A stretch of 64,000 bases of DNA from Psilocybe cubensis. Lineage: Eukaryota. Under the pieces are notes generated by a model. It saw only the letters and a list, made by a program, of their open reading frames with translations. It made no database searches and was not told the DNA's origin. Position 1 is the first letter of the stretch; each line of letters opens with the position of its first letter. A program made the position numbers and the translations under genes. Shown in pieces: positions 12,940 through 25,708 of this stretch. Location of the stretch: the NCBI GenBank assembly GCA_017499595.2, contig CM039008.1:1860001-1924000 (forward strand). Reading direction: 5' to 3'.

Positions 12940-15900
12940 AGTATCGATTTATACAAGGGGAAGAAATAACACGTTGATTGAGATCGGTTTTCATGGACCT
13001 TAAAACCATGATGAACGCGCAGAGATACCAGGATAGCGTCATCAAGCTCGGGAACTGGTCCTGATTTGAGACCAGTCATGTCTAGTCATAGAGGTAGACA
13101 AGAATTGTAACTCGTGGATCCAGGTCATGTTTCTACAATGATCATGAGCGTTGGCCAGAAACATCAGATCTCTGCGAATCGGGTAAAAAAAGCGGTCAGA
13201 TCATTCACCGATGGATTTCCAGGGAGAGGTGGACCCTTTACTCACAGTCCAAGCACGCTTATTTGGATATACGCGAAAGACCAATCATCAGACCCGGAAC
13301 GCGGGGTTTACATCTCGGAGGCGCGGCGGCGTGCTCTGTTATGTGGTTGTAACAGACTACGCAGATGAGAGGTGGTGACTTGGATGTCCCTTCGGGCATA
13401 CGTGCGATATTCCACTTGAATAGGTAGACACCCGCCCCCGCTGAAAGCTCTGCAGATAGACCTAAACAAGACATGCGAGGCGGTGCAGAAAGAATGAAGT
13501 TGGCCTACTATTTCCTTTCTGAAAATATTATGTAAGTAGTCACGTGGTATCAAGATATGTCACAGCGAAATTTGTGTTTTCTTTGGTCTTTCACTGGTTC
13601 TCCTACTCCTAGTATTTGAAATCGTTAAACTGCCCAAATTCGTGGAGCATGGGGCGATTGTCTTGGAAATTCACACTCTCTTGCTTTTAGGGAAACTCAA
13701 TAACTCGGGAGAGAAATATTCATCTAATATCTGGCCACGTTTTCAATGCCAACACAGCCTACCTCTCTACCGATATCTATCTAAAGTCCTTTCTTGCCTT
13801 CCCCAGGTTATGCTCTCCCCGTATATGCGAATTCTGTGGGCAACACTATGCCTGAGGGTCTCAACGGCCTAAAAATATTATGAAACACCGAGGCCAATGG
13901 CCCATACAGGACAAAGTCCAAGTACAACCACGCGCCGTCGGACTATGGATGTCGGAGGATCTGTAGGTGATTTGCATCCATACTAAGCAACTTTACCTTG
14001 TTTTTACCCTTTCCAGACGATATAATGTCTATATGATATCATGCGGGACCGCCGCCCTAACTTGTTTTACTAATTGATTGCAGAAAAAAAAACTTTTCGA
14101 GGTGGTCGTGATCTCTCCATTCACGGTTATCCTGGTTGGATATGTGGTGGCGAAACTTCGAGGCCTCGGCCTAGGCATTCGTTTCGGTGATGAGTGGTAT
14201 ATCCCTTAATTTTTATGACGCCGATGTGTGTCAATCATGGGAGTTGCACTCACTTGTGGGCGGACTTGTGAGTCAGTATCCTTGCGGTTACGAACTTACT
14301 GGATATTCGTACGCTGCAAACGACTTATTTACTATGATAGTCTGACTCGAACACCAATCGAAGCATCACCTTTCCTTTCGGAATTTCGTTGATGAAATGA
14401 CAGACAGTAACAGCTGGCGTACATTAATCATCTCACTTGATGATGCATGCGAAGGGACGGATACAAATCGCAAAGTCGTAAGCAAGCACTCATACTCAAT
14501 CTAGACTGACACTCTGATTGCTAATTGCCTGAGGTCCTTAAAGAAAGAATTACAGTGTTTATTAGACATCGGATCGTTGGCCATTTGAGAGGCAGTCAAA
14601 GCTATCATCTAGATCTTCAGCAGTTTATCAGAGATGCCGTCTATCAAATGCATTGCGTTGATTGGATGAAATGAATCATCAACGTTTAGTACTCGTATTA
14701 ACTTGATAAAAAATCTCACTTTACAAGTATCGCTGCTGCGAAAAGGACGATTTCTCTGACTCTTTGGGTTAGTTACATTTATCAGTCGTCAGGCATATCA
14801 ATATGCAGGTCTTTAATTCAAGTTGAATAGAGATTGGATTCAAAGATGTTTGCCGTTGACATGTCCATTTTACAGACTTTCTAAACTGGCTTGTTTTGCG
14901 GAGCAGAAGGACGTCATATATCTACGCAACGTTCATCACCGCGCACAAAACAATACTTAAGCAGGGAATAGTACCCAGTCGCTTGGCTCAAGTTTGCGTG
15001 TATCATATTTACTAACGAAGGTCCAAGGATCTTGTAAATCTTTTCGTCCATAATATTTTCCAGATTCATTTGGACTAATAATTAGATGAAAATATTTCTA
15101 GTAATCCCATCGAAGGCGTGAAATACTTTCGACCGACTGTAATTGTTTTTTTCCTTGGTTTCATGACAAAAATGACCTGAGACGCTGTATCACGGTTACT
15201 TGGATTGGCGTGTGAGCTCTACGCTGGAGTGTCTCCACCTTTGAGCTATCCGACGTTAAAATGCCGCCCTTAGTGGGCAAGGACAGATACCGGCCATAAT
15301 TCCACCGGTATGTTAATAGGGTCTATTATTAGACATGTACAATCTAACACTTCGACGTTGAGTTTCTGCCGTTAATGCCAGGTCAGCCAGTTGCCACCCG
15401 TAATCTTTGAACTTGAATTCCAAGATATATCACATATAATTATAGTGTATTATAGTGTATATGTCAGAGAGCGCCCAAACCCAGAAAGGGCAATGAGCAT
15501 TCTGCGCTTGTGGACTTCCATACACGATCGAAAGAATCCGCAGGAGTCAGAGTACGCCACCCATCAAAGTATGAGCGCTTGACGAAGTATCGACGTCAAC
15601 TTGCCCTTTTAGGAACAATAACCAACTACAATATGACGAATCGGTGTATCATATAGTCCTGACCGTGAGCAAAGGTCTACTCCCAGTCAACCAGTTTATC
15701 ATCATCAGGTACGGCTACCTGGATCTGATCAATCAATCTAAGTTCAAAAAATACTATAATAGGTTAAGACATTTTTTATTTTGCTTACCTGCTCCTTGCG
15801 TAGTGAAAATCTTTTGAGCTGAAACACCTTGGGCACATTGTCAAACATGAGAAACGATTAAATGGGAATGTGATTGAACTGGTAATACAGGGCATAGTAA

Positions 15901-16064
15901 TAATGGGAACCCAGATTTTGTTTTCTATTTCTACACGAGAGAAAGGTGGAAGGACGAAAGAAAAAGATTTTTTCTCGGGATGCGCTCCCCTTTGACTTAT
16001 TGGTTAAGATCCTCCAGTCAGTCATCATCCATAAGCCCAACCCGAGGGAAGGCTAAATAACTCT

Positions 16065-17428
16065 TTAGGCGGAGATCTTAGCCCTGAGGAGATTCTTGAG
16101 GGTTTCACCGTCTTCGGCGAACTTCTTGATACCCTCGTGGAGCTTATCAAAGGCCATTTGGTCTTGAAGAAGAGCCCATCGGAACTCGGGCTCATTGTCG
16201 ATGAAGCTAACCTTTGGGATAGGGTCGGCTTGGGCGGCTATAAGCAGTTCCGACAATTACCATCAACGGAACAGTCACGAATATCGGCCCGGAACGGGAC
16301 TCACCAGCGTTAGAGTCGAGTTTCTTGGGAACAGGGTCGGTGGACTTCTTGAGTTCCTCAAGAAGGGAGGGGGCGATGGTGAGGAAATCGACACCAGCAA
16401 GGGCCTTGATCTCTCCAACCTGGAAGCATATTTTAATCAATATTGTATAAACAATGATAATAATTGGGCGCACATTTCGGAAAGAAGCCCCCATGACAAT
16501 AGTCTTGTAGTGGTGTTGCTTGTAGTAGTTGAAGATCTTCTTCACAGATTTGACACCAGGATCCTCATCACCTTCATAGTTCTTGCCGGTGGATTTCTTG
16601 TACCAATCGAGGATCTGGTTTCGATTTATGAGCGTACCCATTCCATTATTCAAAGGGTCAACTTACACGTCCGACAAAGGGTGAGATCAGAGTAACACCG
16701 GCTTCAGCACAGGCAACGGCTTGTCCAAAGCCGAAGAGAAGTGTGAGATTGCAGTGGATACCGTCGTCACGCTCGAGTTCGCGAGCGGCCTGGATACCTT
16801 CCCAGGTGGATGCGATTTTAATAAGAACTCGCTCCTTTTTGATGCCAACAGACTCGTAGAGAGCGATGAGCTCCTTGGCCTATATCTGTGATCAGAGCCA
16901 TGTCATTTAGCGATACAAAGGATCGAACCTTGGCCTTGGTGCCCTCTTTATCGAAAGAAAGGCGGGCATCGACTTCAGTGGAAACACGTCCGGGAATGAT
17001 AGCAAGAATTTCCTTGCCGAATTCGACAAGCTGGTGGTATTATAGTCAGTCAAATGATGTGAAACATAGCTTGGAATGAACCCACAAGGCGGTCAATGGC
17101 AGCGTTTGTCTGATCGTCAATGCTTCCGCCTTTCGACTTTCCATACTGCACGGCAGCATCGATGAGACGAGCGTATCCAGGCTTGTTGGCGGCAGCCAAG
17201 ATAAGCGATGGATTAGTGGTGGCATCCTATACACATTTAGACATCTTAGAGTTACGCTCAAGGCGATGGTCGATAAATTTTACCTGGGGCTTGTAAACAT
17301 CGATGGCTACATCGATGAGATGAGCAACGGCGGGGATCTATAACATTGAAGTGCTCACTTTCGAAGTCGCCAGAGTCGGAGACAACAACGGTGCCAGTTG
17401 CTTTGAGCTGTTCAAGGGAAGTGGCCAT
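16065..17428 (-). CDS. TAL1: transaldolase
   Basis: Motifs [82 protein letters not shown] and [12 protein letters not shown], across GT-AG introns. Confidence 0.97.
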
Positions 17429-18911
17429 GATGGTGGTTTGGAGGAAAGAATGAAGGTTGTTTTCGTTCGATGAGATGGTCAATTATATTGGGCTCAGATT
17501 ACGGAGCGGGATGATGCAGTGATTATGTCAGCCTCTATGATCAAATGGTGACGAGGTTACTCCGAAATCGGTTTTGTCGGGAGGGTACACAGTTTACTCT
17601 GTTCAGGGGGAACGACAGATGTTAGGGGCCATGGAGAAATCGAAACTCTTCTGAGCGTGTTTGCGCAATATTCAGCCTTTATCTTCAGGGAAAAGAGATA
17701 CATACCTGGCCTCAGACACTGGCGAAGTACACAATACGCGCTTACAGCGCTGAAGGCATCCCGTGATGCAACGTGCTTGGCACCGATTTGTTGAGTAAGA
17801 ACGTTCGATAACCTCCCATAGAATCCCACAAACGCAGGTAGAAAGTTCCATATCTGTACCGATAATGCGACAATCTTGTCAAGGTGATGCCGGATACCAA
17901 GGCGCGCTGGTGTACTTCCCGGATCCGCTTACTTTAGCCCATGGGATGCCCTGAGATGCCCGATACTCTGACTGACCGGCTATAACAATGGCTTGTTAGA
18001 AACCTCAGTAGGTAAAGTTTGGTGGGATTTATTCCTGATGCGTATTCTGTGCCACGGCACAGCAATCTGGTTGAAATGTGAGTGAAGACCTCGTTAGGAA
18101 AGATTAATGATTAAACTCTTGAATTCCTCGAGAATAGAAAATAATTGCCAGCATAAGCTCCAATGAATGCGTCTAGGTGGCGATGATCTGAAAGCTACAG
18201 CAAGGAGTTCGCCTTGATGGTTGTAGTTTGACACTTCGTAAAGTGTCATATCGTTTCAAACTCAATGAGAAATAACCTCCAGAATAACCTGAATATACAA
18301 GTCCATTGGTTAGCAAATGAATAAATCCTTGATCCATATGACGTTTTGATTATCTTACAGGTTTAGTAGTCTTGCGGCAGACAGTCCTCCTGTTAGAAAT
18401 CGCGTTGTTATGGTACAGTATTGCCTACAAAAGTTCGTAATTGAAAGAGGTATTGGCCTGGGGAACGTTTCGGTCGGTAGCGTATAATGTTTTCTGCCTA
18501 CACTTTAAATTTTGAATCCAATAGTCTCAGTGATCGGGACATGTTTCATTTGACATGAATCAAAGGCAACACACCCACCTATTGACATACTGACAGAGCT
18601 TCAACTTGACTCAGGCCCAAAATCTCGCATGCGTCTAGAATGGCAGTAAACGGTGTTTACAATCGTTTATGGGATCATCCAGGCCAATAGCTGGCTGGTC
18701 CTAGTGTTTCCTTAAAAGAAAAAAGAACTGAATAAAATAGATAATGGGAGATTAGATTATTTCATACCTTCTCAGGAGTTTGCAGGAGAAGTATTTAGGC
18801 GCAATGCAAGCGCACTGGTGACTTGTCTTGGAACGCGTTCACGGAAAAGCCCGAATGAACCCAACGCGACACAGCGCGTGACTCGCGGTTTGACTGTATC
18901 CCAGCCGGATG

Positions 18912-19285
18912 TGTTAGACAGAAGAAAGTAATGTACTCAGTACGATGATGGAATCGACTCCGTTGTAGTGTATGCTACCTGTTAGACAGAAGAAAGTAAT
19001 GTACTATCTAATCGTGAGCATACTGTGTGAAGTAATAAGGGTGTAGGATAATAGTCCTCACCTCAGTACGATGATGGAATCGACTGAGGGAGGGGTTTTG
19101 TTTGTACGGTGTAGAAATACTGGAAAATTTGGGAGAACAAAAATATAAACAAACATTGGATGCAGTCGGTTGATCGAACTGCTTTTTATGGCAGGCGTTA
19201 TAGGCGCCTGCGATGCGCGTTACTGGACGCCAAGCGTCCTGCGCTTTTCGTGAGGGCACGCTTCGACTCACGCGTCCCTCCAACA
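18912..19285 (-). repeat. 3' LTR of the copia element
   Basis: Identical by eye to 36219-36592; ends TGTT...AACA. Confidence 0.97.
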
Positions 19286-19292
19286 CTCCTCC
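19286..19292 (-). promoter_or_regulatory. short polypurine tract (GGAGGAG) abutting the 3' LTR
   Basis: Plus-strand ctcctcc lies between the pol stop codon (19299) and the LTR. Confidence 0.65.
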
Positions 19293-19298
19293 GACGCG

Positions 19299-19613
19299 TT
19301 AGGCGGTATCGTTAGGCCGAACGAGTGGGTCGCTTGCGTCACAGAGTCTCATGGCGACACAATGTCTCCAGTGAGCGGTGCGGCCGAGAGGTTTTGTAAG
19401 GATGTCGGCAATATTCTCAGAGCTGGCCACATATTCGATGCGCACGTCACCATCCGCAACTTTCTCCCGTACGTAGTGCTCCCTCACGTCGATGTGTTTG
19501 ACTAGGGCAGTCCCGGAGTTGTTGTTGGCGATGTGGCGCGCGGCGTCGTTGTCTCCTCGTAGCACCAAGGGGCGTGGCACCGGAAAGCCCGTCTCCTCCA
19601 GCGAGGAGGCTAC
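19299..19613 (-). CDS. copia pol C-terminal RNase H fragment, separated by the KDZ insertion
   Basis: VASSLEETG...LRGDNDAA...KHIDVREHYVRE...NIADILTKPL, typical of the Ty1/copia RNase H end. Rejoins in frame with 31903-36006. Confidence 0.93.
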   Translation of the reverse strand, partial: VASSLEETGFPVPRPLVLRGDNDAARHIANNNSGTALVKHIDVREHYVREKVADGDVRIEYVASSENIADILTKPLGRTAHWRHCVAMRLCDASDPLVRPNDTA

Positions 19614-19699
19614 CCACATGACACCTGTAATTACCCTGCTTATATATAAAACCCTTGCACTGCAATAAAATGCTCCATACATGGCAGCAGGCACTTGCT

Positions 19700-20220
19700 G
19701 CATGGATAATCTATTATCCATTTACTTAGTCTGCCTATCAATTATCCATTCCGTTATCCAAGAGCCTTGTTATCCATTATCCATTCCCGTGTGCGCCATT
19801 AACAATTGTTTCTATCCATTGTCCGCCGTATCATCCAAAGGGTACATTATCCATAGCCCCGCTTCATGATCCAACAGCCGTTATCCATTTCTGTGCGCGC
19901 CATTAATAATCTATTCCATCCATTGTCCGCTGTATTATCCAAAGGGTACATTATCCATAGCCCCGCTTCATAATCCAACAGCCGTTATCCATGTCTGTGC
20001 ACCCCATTAATAATCGATTCCATCCATAGTCCGCCCTCTTATCCAAAGGGTATATTATCCATATACCCCTGAATTATCCAACTGCCCACTATCAATTTCC
20101 ATGCAAACCATTCATGACCCGCTCTATCCATCATCTGTATTCTTATCCATGGGTCATTTCCCCCTTTCATACCACGATATTCATTGCCCTGCGATTATCC
20201 AAGAGCCGTTTATCCACTCC
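19700..20220 (+). repeat. left subterminal array of the KDZ element (TTATCCA-like motifs; three ~104-bp tandem units)
   Basis: CCAAAGGGTAYATTATCCATA recurs at 19835, 19939 and 20043, with many TTATCCA/TCATCCA/CTATCCA motifs. Confidence 0.9.
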
Positions 20221-20440
20221 CCTGCGCCTTATTCAACACTATCTTCCAAGAAAACAATTACAATTCCAAGAAAACATACACTATAAATATACAGAATCAC
20301 TAAAAGGATGTCAAGATGTACAAGGTACGTTCTGTCTGCATCAGCTGGATGCGAGCGCAATAAAAAGCTCAAGAGAATTGAAAAAAACAGTCTGAATGTC
20401 CAAGATCACGTGTCAAAAACAAATGCCAGCGCATCACGCC

Positions 20441-23292
20441 TCAAGCCTTCGCTTTCTTTGTTCTTTTTTCCTTCCCAGTTTCCTCCGCCGCCTTCCTCTT
20501 GTTGTTCAGTTTCGCCTTTTGGAAGGTGTTGAAGGTGTTGAGTAGGTCACTTACTGCTAATTCCCAGAGACCATCCGAGGCTTGAGCCGAGTACCACCAC
20601 TTTAACCCAACCATCACTGTCAACAGCCCATTGGGTCCACCTTTCCGTAACGAAGCCATTGAATCTTTTGCCTTCGCAGTCTCGAACGACAACGGAAGGG
20701 AATTCGGGGTTTTGGTTTGACGCCACGCCGGCTGTATGGAGTTCCACCAGGTCATCCATGACTTCTGAAATTCGTCTTGACGGATAGCTGGGATAGCGGT
20801 GTATTTGCGGGATGAGGAAAGCCATTTCCCGAGGGCTGTTGGTCTGCCTTTCGCGGGGAGCCTCAACTGCAACGGTAATCAGTATCTTTATCTGCTTTTG
20901 TGCATGATCCGGGACTCACAGAACTCGTATCCATCTCAGCAATTTCCATTCTCTCGAAACTCTCCCATGCGCGCACACATTCCTGCCATTTTTCTACCTC
21001 GATATCTTTGAATAGATATTCACTCGCTGCCAACAGCCATGCTGTGGTCTGTGGAGCATCCTTCGAAGCTGCTGCCTTTCTGTTACGACTACGCGTTGCA
21101 CTGGCGTCCAAGTTCTCGCTTTTGTCTGGAGCCGCAGTCAAAGGTGCATGCATGCCACTCTCGGGAATAATTGGATCGTTTACTGCATGGTTGGATAGAA
21201 CTCCAGCTGAGTTTGTGGCGCTGAGCACTGGCGCTGACGTCTGGGCAGGGACTATGGTGTGAGGTGCTGAGATGGAATGGTTTGGGTCCAATAGCATCGG
21301 TGCGTTTGCCTGTCCTGCCATCATATCCTGACTTTGTAACATTTGGCCATGTAAACCAGGAAGCGTCACTGTGTTGTTTGTGTTGAGGGCAAGTGCGGTT
21401 CCCATCATGTTTGGATCCGCTGCGTACTGTTGCAGGGCCAGGTCAATTCTATCCCATTCCTCTTCTGAAAAGTTCAAGGTAAGTCCATCGCCCCTATTCG
21501 CATCACCCGCTTGTAGCCGCATCATATCCTGGCCTACAGCAGCTGTCAACTGGTCTATGTCTTGGCCACCAACTCCATCCGTCATAGAAATGGCAGCACC
21601 ATAAGGCAAGAACGCAGCAACTGGATTTGGGGCCACCTTGGCCTGTTGAGGTAGAGGATTGGCAGGCGGAAGGAAGTTTTGTGCCTCAATGGTAGCGTGG
21701 GTAGCACCATTTGTAGCTGGGTAACAAGGTGGGCTTGGACTTGCCACACTTTGAGTCGGTTGCACCTGAGCTGGTTGGACTGTGCTTTGTGTCATGACAG
21801 GAGCCTGAGCAAAGCCGATGGCCACCGCCGGCGCCGCTGTCATAGAGGCCATTGCAGTCTGTTGTGCGGCCTCAGGGGGAGTATGAGCTGCAGTTATGGT
21901 GTTTGGAATAGGGCCAGAAAGCTGAGCGGCACTTCCCATGTGAGCATTGGTTGATGAGATGGGTACTGATGCAGCTGTATAAGTTGGATGGAAGGGCACC
22001 TGATTGATAGCAATTGGAAGGCCAGAAAGCTGAGCGACACTGCCCATGTGAGCATGGGTTGATGAGGTGGGGACCAACGCAGCTGGGTCGGGCACCTGAT
22101 TGACAGCGATTGGAAGTGCATTGCTCTGAATCTCTGGTTGTGTAGTCACAGGGGGAGTTGTTTCCGACAAGACATTTTCTTGCCCTGCGTCGCCGGTTTC
22201 AACTTTGCTGGTACTGGCAACTTGGTTCTCTTCTGGCTTTGCCTTTGAGCTATTGAGAGTTTGTCGGTCGCGATCCTCTTGCGCTAAAGAAAATGGTTGA
22301 TTAGGTCACTATGTGTTAGAAATACAGATAAATTGCTCACAGAAAACATTGTATAAAAAAAGTCTGAACGGCGATAGCACATGTTGGTAAAAATGTTCAT
22401 TCGCAATAGAAAACAGTTGTTCATATTTGTCTCGACCGTTGTGGACAGCGACAGTACGAATTTTGCCTTGATCAGCAGGCTCAGGTCCTCCAGCAATTAC
22501 TGTGAAAACCCATCCGGTACGACTGCTCATTTCATCTATAAACGCTTGGATAGTTTCCGGCAATGTCAAGAGATTACTAACTTTGTATCAGTAAGACTTT
22601 AGCACAAAGAATAGATCACTTACATTGCGCATTCTTCTGGAGACATGACTTCCGGCATGTCAGGAATTTGTCCCTTCAGCTCCTTGAGCTTTGCCAACTC
22701 GGCACGAATTTCCGCCTTTACCTCATCAGACTCGTCATTCCAGGCCTCCCCGGTGCACTTGTTGATGATTGCAATTCGGTGACCTTCAGGATTGGTGCGG
22801 AGAGCCTCTATTACTCGTGGCCTAATGCGTTCATCATAATATTTCTTGGAATACAAATTTGTTTCCGAGAGAAGTCGGGGAGCGTTGTTGCCACCAATAA
22901 CAATGGTCGGACCTCGCCGATGTTGGGTGCCGGCCCCACGATTATTAAACCAATTAACAATTTGCTGTTACAAATATGACCTCGTCAAAGAAACTCATAC
23001 ACTAAGTATGAATTGTGCTTACGTTTTTCCGCAACTTAACCCATTCTGCATGAGAAAGTTCGGTTTTCGTTTGAGGCAAAACAACAGGTGCATTTTTCTT
23101 TTTCTTCTTCTTTTTTGGAACAGTCATTGGTCTAACTTCAGCCTCAGGCGTAGGCCACAAGACAAAAAATTCTTGGTATATTTTTGTCCAAAAATTGGGG
23201 GTGGTTTTTGTACGCTGGGACGCCTGGAACTCAGGAACCTTGGCGGATAGAAACTCAATTTGTTCGGGAGTCCCCCACGGTAGCGGCGGCAT
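20441..23292 (-). CDS. KDZ cargo gene 1: multi-exon protein with homeodomain-like and HMG-box-like segments, a low-complexity linker and a Trp-rich C-terminal domain
   Basis: Exons WGTPEQIEFL..FFVLWP / QIVNWFNNRG / YSKKYYDERIRP..CTGEAWNDESDEVK / TGWVFTVIAGGPEP / RPTALGKW..WMTWWNSIQPAWR..KGGPNGLLTVMVGLKWW. Domain calls are by resemblance only. Confidence 0.7.
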
Positions 23293-23594
23293 TTTGATCT
23301 AAGTATAGCAGTTGTTCTAAGAATAAATGAATGTCAAATTGTTTGTTTTTTAAGCGCACGCAAACTCACCTCAAATAACAGAGTTAGACTTAAGGTCCAG
23401 AAAATGCAGTAAGACCTTCTAGCTACTTCTTCGATTTGACGGCAATAGCTTGCTTACATTATTGAGAGATTCACCGCAATTTACCGTGTAACTGTACAGT
23501 TGCTGATGCTTCTTTGGACTCTGCATATAAAGATGCTCCTATCTGCCGCAATCTTATCCTTAACTCCCTACTCGCAAAAAAAACCTCTCACAAA

Positions 23595-24664
23595 ATGGCT
23601 CAACAAAGTACACCTCCCCCAACTCTCCCTAATTCTACCGTCCCTCCCTCTACCGCCCCTGCAAGCCGTATAATGTCTACCCGTGTTGGCGACGTTATCA
23701 ATCTCCTTCTTGCACTAAACAATGCTGGTACGTGCCCATTTTTGAGTTTCATGTTAATTTCAACTTGTTTACATTTAATCAGGATTAGAAGTTGTTCGTA
23801 CACCCGATGGCGTTGATCATGCTTCAGGGTTGGAAAACCTTGCCATGGGGGAGCTTATCTTGATTCTCCAAATCATGGGCATTCATGTCAAGGGTAATCG
23901 CGCTACTGCTGCACCCCCTCCTCCTTCTGATAGTAAGTCATCTTCGACTCCCTTTAACCTAATGTTTTATTTAATTGGACTGTAGGCCGTGATCCCTTGG
24001 TCCAAGAGATTGAACAGATGGTTATTTCATCTGCTCGTCGTCAGGCTATTAATCTTTTCTTTAGGCTTACCAATGGGCCGTTGAGTAAGTGAACACTGTT
24101 CATACTATCATGCTCAGCACAATCTAATTAATTTTAGCCGTCCCACCTGTCATTCTTGAAGAGTTATCATCAACTGTGGCTCCCCCTCCTTCGTCTGTTG
24201 AACCACAGGCCACCGTCACTGATCCTGCCCTACTTCCTCCAAAGTCCCAGTCTGCCTCCGACACTGTCATGCCCAAAGGCTTTGTGTGCATGTCCTGCAA
24301 CACGTATAACCCTATTCGCCCATCTGAAAAGCCAGTCTACGTTGTGTTTTGTGGTACAGATGTGGGGGTCTTTGACCATTGGTATGTTCCACATTCTTTT
24401 GAGATTGCATTTTGCTCAATTTAACACATATTTAACAGGAAAGATGCTCAGAGCCTTGTTTCTGGCATATCTCATGCTTGCCATTGTCGTTATAATAGTC
24501 GCGAGGAGGGTGAGAGGGCGTTCCAAGCTGCTTTGACTGCCGGAAAGGTTCGCATACTTGGTAATCCTATTGCTGCGCCTGGAGCTATTGTCTCTTCCTT
24601 GTCCCCAAATGCCCCCAATGGCACCTCTGGCTCCTCCAGCGAGGCCTCTAGTAGCTCGGATTAA
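23595..24664 (+). CDS. KDZ cargo gene 2: protein with an RNase H1 N-terminal (hybrid-binding / Cauli_VI-like) domain and no catalytic domain
   Basis: Spliced C-terminus reads CMSC..PVYVVFCGTDVGVFDHW/KDAQSLVSGISHACHCRYNSREEGERAF, matching the pattern YxVxxGxxxGVxxxW...VxG....F/YxSxEEA. TAA at 24662-24664. Confidence 0.72.
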
Positions 24665-25014
24665 TGAGTAGACTTACTCCACCCTCGGGGTTTTTCCTTT
24701 TCCGTTCAATATCGTGTAGACAGCACCATTTGTCACCGCGTATGAAAAGTTTCCCCGCACTTTTAGTAGCACCACTTGTATCTCTTGTACATCTCATTTT
24801 GATTTCTTGTCTGTGTTTCCGAATATATCTTGAACTTGTGCTGCTCTCCATATCCGTGTGAATGAAATCTTCAATAATCAAATAAAATATTATTGAATGT
24901 CTCTTTTGTAGAGTCATTATATTATGCCATGTACCCCCATGCACCGTAGCTTCAATGTCGAACGATATACAATGATGTTTGTACTATATTAAAAGTCCAA
25001 TAGAAGTAATAACC

Positions 25015-25708
25015 CTATTGCGAAACCTTTTGAAATTCAAAGGATTTAGCATTGTAGTTGCGTTCAACGAATTCAAGGTCTTCCATTGCAGTCAATTCAA
25101 TCTCTTGCAACCAAGATTGTGTCTTCTCTAGCAGTTTTGCAAGAGCGACTGTCTTATTCCACTCTGGGCCAACTCCTGAACACATATATATATGGTTTTT
25201 ATATCGGGAAATTGGCCCAAGAAAGTGCTCTATCTTGTCAACCGATTCCGATAATTCGTGCATGTCTTGATTGCTGATAAACTGGAGGCAGATTGCCTCA
25301 GTATGTGCAATAGGATCCGATTTGATAAAGGTGTTGAAGCGCCGGTAGACTCGAAGAACTTCGTCCAACCAAGTGGCCGCCGGTGGCTTTGACTTGGAGA
25401 CAGGCTCTTGTTCAACAGCCTGTGCTTTACGTGCCGTTTCAATTCTAGAAATGAAGATTAATTCAATCTATAGAGATTATGCACATTCATAATCAGCAGG
25501 AATACCTTTTTTGTTGGATGCGAGCATATTTTCTTCTGCGACGTCGGTTTATGCTATCCTTGCATCTAAAAAACATTATAAAACATGTTTGTAACCAGAT
25601 TTATGGGAGGAAAACAACTGAATGCTACTTCTCATAATATTTCTTGCTCTTCTGCCTATTTGCGGCAAGTTTCTCAGCTTCAGAAAAATACTTGCGCTGT
25701 CGTCCCAT
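25015..25708 (-). CDS. KDZ cargo gene 3: basic N-terminus plus helical domain, function unknown, 3 exons
   Basis: MGRQRKYFSEAEKLAANRQKSKKYYEK / KDSINRRRRRKYARIQQK / ...WLDEVLRVYRRF...GVGPEWNK..., joined by GT-AG introns. Confidence 0.6.

Noticed and set aside
19700-20220. TTATCCA motifs resembling bacterial DnaA boxes (oriC-like)
   Set aside because: The context is eukaryotic, the motif is usually TTATCCAT/A rather than TTATCCACA, and it is mirrored at the other transposon end.
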